From positions 204,230,001 to 204,294,000 of the forward strand of contig NC_058368.1 of the NCBI RefSeq assembly GCF_018350175.1: 64,000 nucleotides of DNA, written 5' to 3'. The first letter of the stretch is position 1. Every line of letters begins with the position of its first letter. This DNA is from Felis catus (taxonomy: Eukaryota). A model generated the notes under the pieces. It was not told where the DNA came from, did no database searches, and worked only from the letters and a program-made list of their open reading frames with translations. The position numbers were made by a program, and so were the translations under genes. This document shows, in pieces, positions 59,948-64,000 of the stretch.

Positions 59948-62900
59948 GGGGCGCCTGGGTGGCTCAGTGAGTTAAGCGTCCTACTTCAGCCCAGGTCATG
60001 ATCTCACGGCTCGTGGGTTTGAGCCCCACGTCAGGCTCTGTGCTGACGGCTCAGAGCCTGGAGCTGCTTCGGATTCTGTGTCTTCCTCTCTCTCTGTGCC
60101 TTCCCGCTCTCTCTCTCTCTCTCTCAAAAATAAATAAGCATTAAAAAACAAAGAATATGCATTTGGGCTTGAAAGTTGTTCTGCACAGTCAGGACCCTCC
60201 ACTTCCCCAGGAGTGGTCCCTGAGGGGCCTGACATGGGGGCCACCAACCTGTTCTTCGATTTCTCTCCAGGTATACCCTTCTGTTAAAACAACACACCCT
60301 GCTTTCCTTAAATTCAATACCATTGTTAGACTAAGCGTCTAGATTTTGGTTAAGGAACCCAGTCATAGTATTTATACTGTAGTTCAGGGTTTTTTTTCAA
60401 ATGTCCTTTTTCTATGTCTGGAGAAACAGAATAATATAAGAGCAGCCTTCTCAAATCTGAGTCATACATGGGCCCCTTTACAGGAAAACATTCTTTTTAC
60501 TCTCAGCGGTAACCTTTAATTATTTTACTATGTTACTTGGTATATAAACATGAAACCAGTTATAAACCCCCTGTGTGTATATCTTTTCTGCAATTTTAAA
60601 ATCAAAATAAAATTTAAATTTAAATAAAAACACAACTGCAAAGCCAAGAAGAGTTCAATCGAACAATATTAAAGTAATGGTTAATATTTGGCCAAAACTA
60701 CCAAACACAAATATAGCACTGATCCTTAAGATGCAGATTTTGAGTTTTATGTGCATTTGCTAGCATGTTCAGAATGAGAAGTGTTTTCTCCCCACCACTT
60801 TTTTGTTTGAACCAGGATGATATAACTGAGCCCTCCCTTAGCATGAATGCATTAGAAAATTCCACTCTGTTCCTTTCTGACTGGCCTAGGACAATTAAGG
60901 TAGGATCTGACCTGATAATAGCACTAGGCATAAACATAAGCAAAATTCAAATGTCCTGAAAGTGCTCTTTTAAGATAGTCTTCCAGAAGATCCAGAACAT
61001 GTCTATTTAAATATTATGATCGAGACGACATATTAAAATTTAGGAATTGTCTGGAGAGCTCATAAACCCTGAGAACATGCTCATGAGCCCCCTGCTATGA
61101 AACCTTGTTTGAGAAATGCTGGCAAGCCTGGGAAGAGTCTCTTTGGATTCCAAAAGGTCAAGTCAGAATTCTAACTACATGAATTTGAGAAATTGTCTAA
61201 CGTTCTGAACCCGTTTTCTTAACAGTAAAACAGGAATAACAATGCCTCTCTTACCTAGTTATTCTCAGGATTATATGAGATAACAAGGAAAATGTTGGGC
61301 ATAGAAGAGGTGCTCAATAATTGTTAGTTTCCTTTCCTTTCCTTTCGCCAGGTTCTATCACTAACTTTTTTTTTTTAAGTTTATATATTTATTTTGAGAG
61401 AGAGGGAGAGAGAGAGAGAGAGAGAGCGCACAAGTGGTGAAGGGGCAGAGAGAGAGAATCCCAAGCAAGCTTCACACCATCAGCGCAGAGCCCAATGAGG
61501 GGGCTTGAACCCATGAACTGTGAGATCATGACCTGAGCCAAAACCAAGAGTCAGATGCTTAACCGACCCAGCCACCCAGGCATCGCTATCACTAACTTTT
61601 TATATTAAAATTATGAGGGGGACCTGGTTGGCTTAGTTAAGCGTCCAACTTTGGCTCAGGTCATGATCTTGCATTTTGTGGGTTCCAGCCCCACGTTGGG
61701 CTCTGTGCTGATAGCTCAGAGCCTGGAGCCTGCTTCGGATTCTGTGTCTCACAGCCCCTCTCCACCCCTCCCCACCCCCGCCTGCTTGCACTCTGTCTCT
61801 CTGTCTCTCTCTCTCTCTCTCTCAAAAATAAACATTAAAAAGTTTCTAAAATTAATTAATCAATTAAAATTATGGAAAGTCACAAAAATCAAATAATTTA
61901 ATTCCTAAAATTATAAAAATTATAAAATAACAAATACTCGGGGTACCTGGGTGGCTCAGTCAGTTAAGCCTCTGACTTTGGCTAAGGTCATGATCTCATA
62001 GTGAGTTTGAGCCCCGCATTGGGCTCTGTACTGAGCATGGAGCCTAGAGACCGCTTCCTGTTCTGTGTCTCCCTCTCTCTGCCCCTCCCCTGCCCATGCT
62101 CTGTCTCTGTCTCTGTTTCTCTCTCCAAAATAAATAAACATTAAATTTTTTTTAAAAAGTAACACTCAGTGTAAATTTTTAAAATATAGAATAAAATATA
62201 TGAAGGTCCCTTTTCTCTATTCCTTTCATCCCTCTTCCCCATCCAGAGGTAATAAATAACCCCTCTGGGTTCTGTGTATCCTTCCAGAACTTTCTCTATG
62301 CATTTACAAATATGAACTCACACACATTCACACAGATTTTTAAAAACATAAAAAGGACAACAATCTACACATTACCTAATTTTTCTTTCACTTAATCATA
62401 GATAACAGTATAGCTGTTTCACACACATAGGCATTCTTAAAAGTTTGGCTCATTCATCTTAGAGACAACATACAAACTTCCAGGAATAATTTAGAACATT
62501 GAAGTCTCATTTATCCATTCATTATCAGTCAGAGTCCAATCAAGAGACAAAAACCAGACATGAATTTGAACAGGGAGAGTTTAATATAACAAATTATTAG
62601 CTATAGCAAGAGATAGGCTAGGAGGCACACAGAACCCTGAAGAATACAGGGCTGGGTAGGGCTGATACTGGTAGGGCTGAAGTGGAGTTTTTGAGGGAAG
62701 AGATCCCATGACCCCTTCCCTGCCCAGCTGAGATTCAGACCTTGTTAGAGAGGGCACAGCCATGGCTCACCGAGTGGCAGGAAAATCACTGGTCTGCCTT
62801 CCAGTTTGCAGGAGCAAGTTCTTCACAGGGAGGTGTCTCACTGGAGACACTCTGCCCCAAACTGCCCCGAGTTGGGGGTGCTGTTGGCTGTCATGTGCTC

Positions 62901-63438
62901 CCAGAGCCTGGTGCTGCAGAAATGATAGGGGCACACCCTGGAACCTGGAAGGAAACCCCTCTTGCTGCAATGCCTTTCCAGTGTGCTCCACTGACAAAGG
63001 TTTAACATCGTGCCAGCCCGTGAAGGAAAAATATTTAAAGGGCCCATCTTAATTCCCTAGAACTGGCCATTAAGGGTGAATTTGAAGCTGAGGGGCAGTA
63101 AATGGACAGTGGGCGCATTCCACAAACTTAATATTGACACCTGGATGCCTACTGTGGGGCAGGTGATGGGATTTTGTTTCTAACTATTGAGTGTTTACTA
63201 TTTGTCAGCCTGTTTTGTTTTTTTTTTAATAAATGTTTATTCATTTTTGAGAGAGAGAGAGAGAGAGAGAGTGCAATTGGGGGAGGAGCAGAGAGAGAGA
63301 AAGAGAGAGGGAGAAAAACAGAATCCCAAGCAGGGCTCCGTGCTGCCAGCACAGAGCCTGACAAGGGGCTTGAACTCACGAACCATGAGACCATGACCTG
63401 AAGTCGGACACTCAACCAACTGAACCACCAGGTGCCCC
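59948..63438. mobile_element. Repeats in CCL28 intron 1: SINECs 59948-60150(+), 61365-61585(-), 61617-61850(+), 61939-62160(+), 63210-63438(-); MaLR/ERVL-type LTR ~62520-63120
   Basis: SINEC heads and tails; LTR-like CCACTGACAAAGGTTTAACATCGTGCCAGC motif. Confidence 0.75.
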
Positions 63439-64000
63439 TGTCAGCTTGTTCTAAGCACGTAATGCATAAACTCAAGCAGTCGTCACAACACCCCCGTGAA
63501 GAAGGTGCTATTACCATCCTCATATTACAGATAAACTGAAACAGAGAGAATGAAGTAACTCATCCAACATAAGCTTGTGAGTGATAAAGCCAGGAGTCGA
63601 GCCTGGTTGTTTGTCTCTGTATGCTTAACCACTGTGCAGTAATGCCTTTCGGCATGTCCCTATGGCACAAAATTATCCTGATCCCCTTCAGGAATATTCC
63701 CTGACCGGTCCAAGTGTCCATGCTGTGAGAAGCATTAGTGACCAAATGTCTTCATATGAAGGTAAAGAAAAAGCCTCATTCACTCTTCACATTATCCCAG
63801 GGTTCCAAAAATATCTGGGAGGATTTTATTTGGGAGGATATTATTTGGGCATAGCAATCTCATGCCTCATTGCTTGGTGAGTCCTTCCCACCTCCTCGAT
63901 GTTAGCAGTGGACACCTCCACTTGTGGTTATATCCACAATGTGATGTGGCTCCATTAAGGCGTGAAGTCCACTAGGATAGGGAAACGTATCCTTAACCAA

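Overview
This is mammalian (felid) genomic DNA, judged from dense carnivore tRNA-derived SINEC elements, including young cat-type copies, and a cat-type L1 3' end. The window carries three genes in tandem on the + strand, in the same order I recall for the human 5p12 block. (1) The last 8 coding exons of the C5orf34 orthologue (<1-19804). (2) TMEM267: CpG-island promoter at ~21.6-22.7 kb and two coding exons (34077-34388, 39167-39502) giving 215 aa. (3) Exon 1 of the chemokine CCL28 (57426-57489), which the ORF track misses. The rest is introns and intergenic DNA filled with SINEs, L1/L2/MIR, MaLR/ERV LTRs and DNA transposons. Most notable observations: a textbook U12-type (minor spliceosome) terminal intron in C5orf34; a ~1 kb solo LTR of probable ERVK type with a perfect 6-bp TSD between TMEM267 and CCL28; a tailless 5S rRNA retrocopy nested in a Tigger element; a young L1 and several young SINE insertions with perfect TSDs; two uORFs in front of TMEM267; and kappaB motifs around CCL28. 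I see no evidence of a wholly novel biological system. Gene names rest on recalled protein similarity and repeat family names are by eye; no database search was run.
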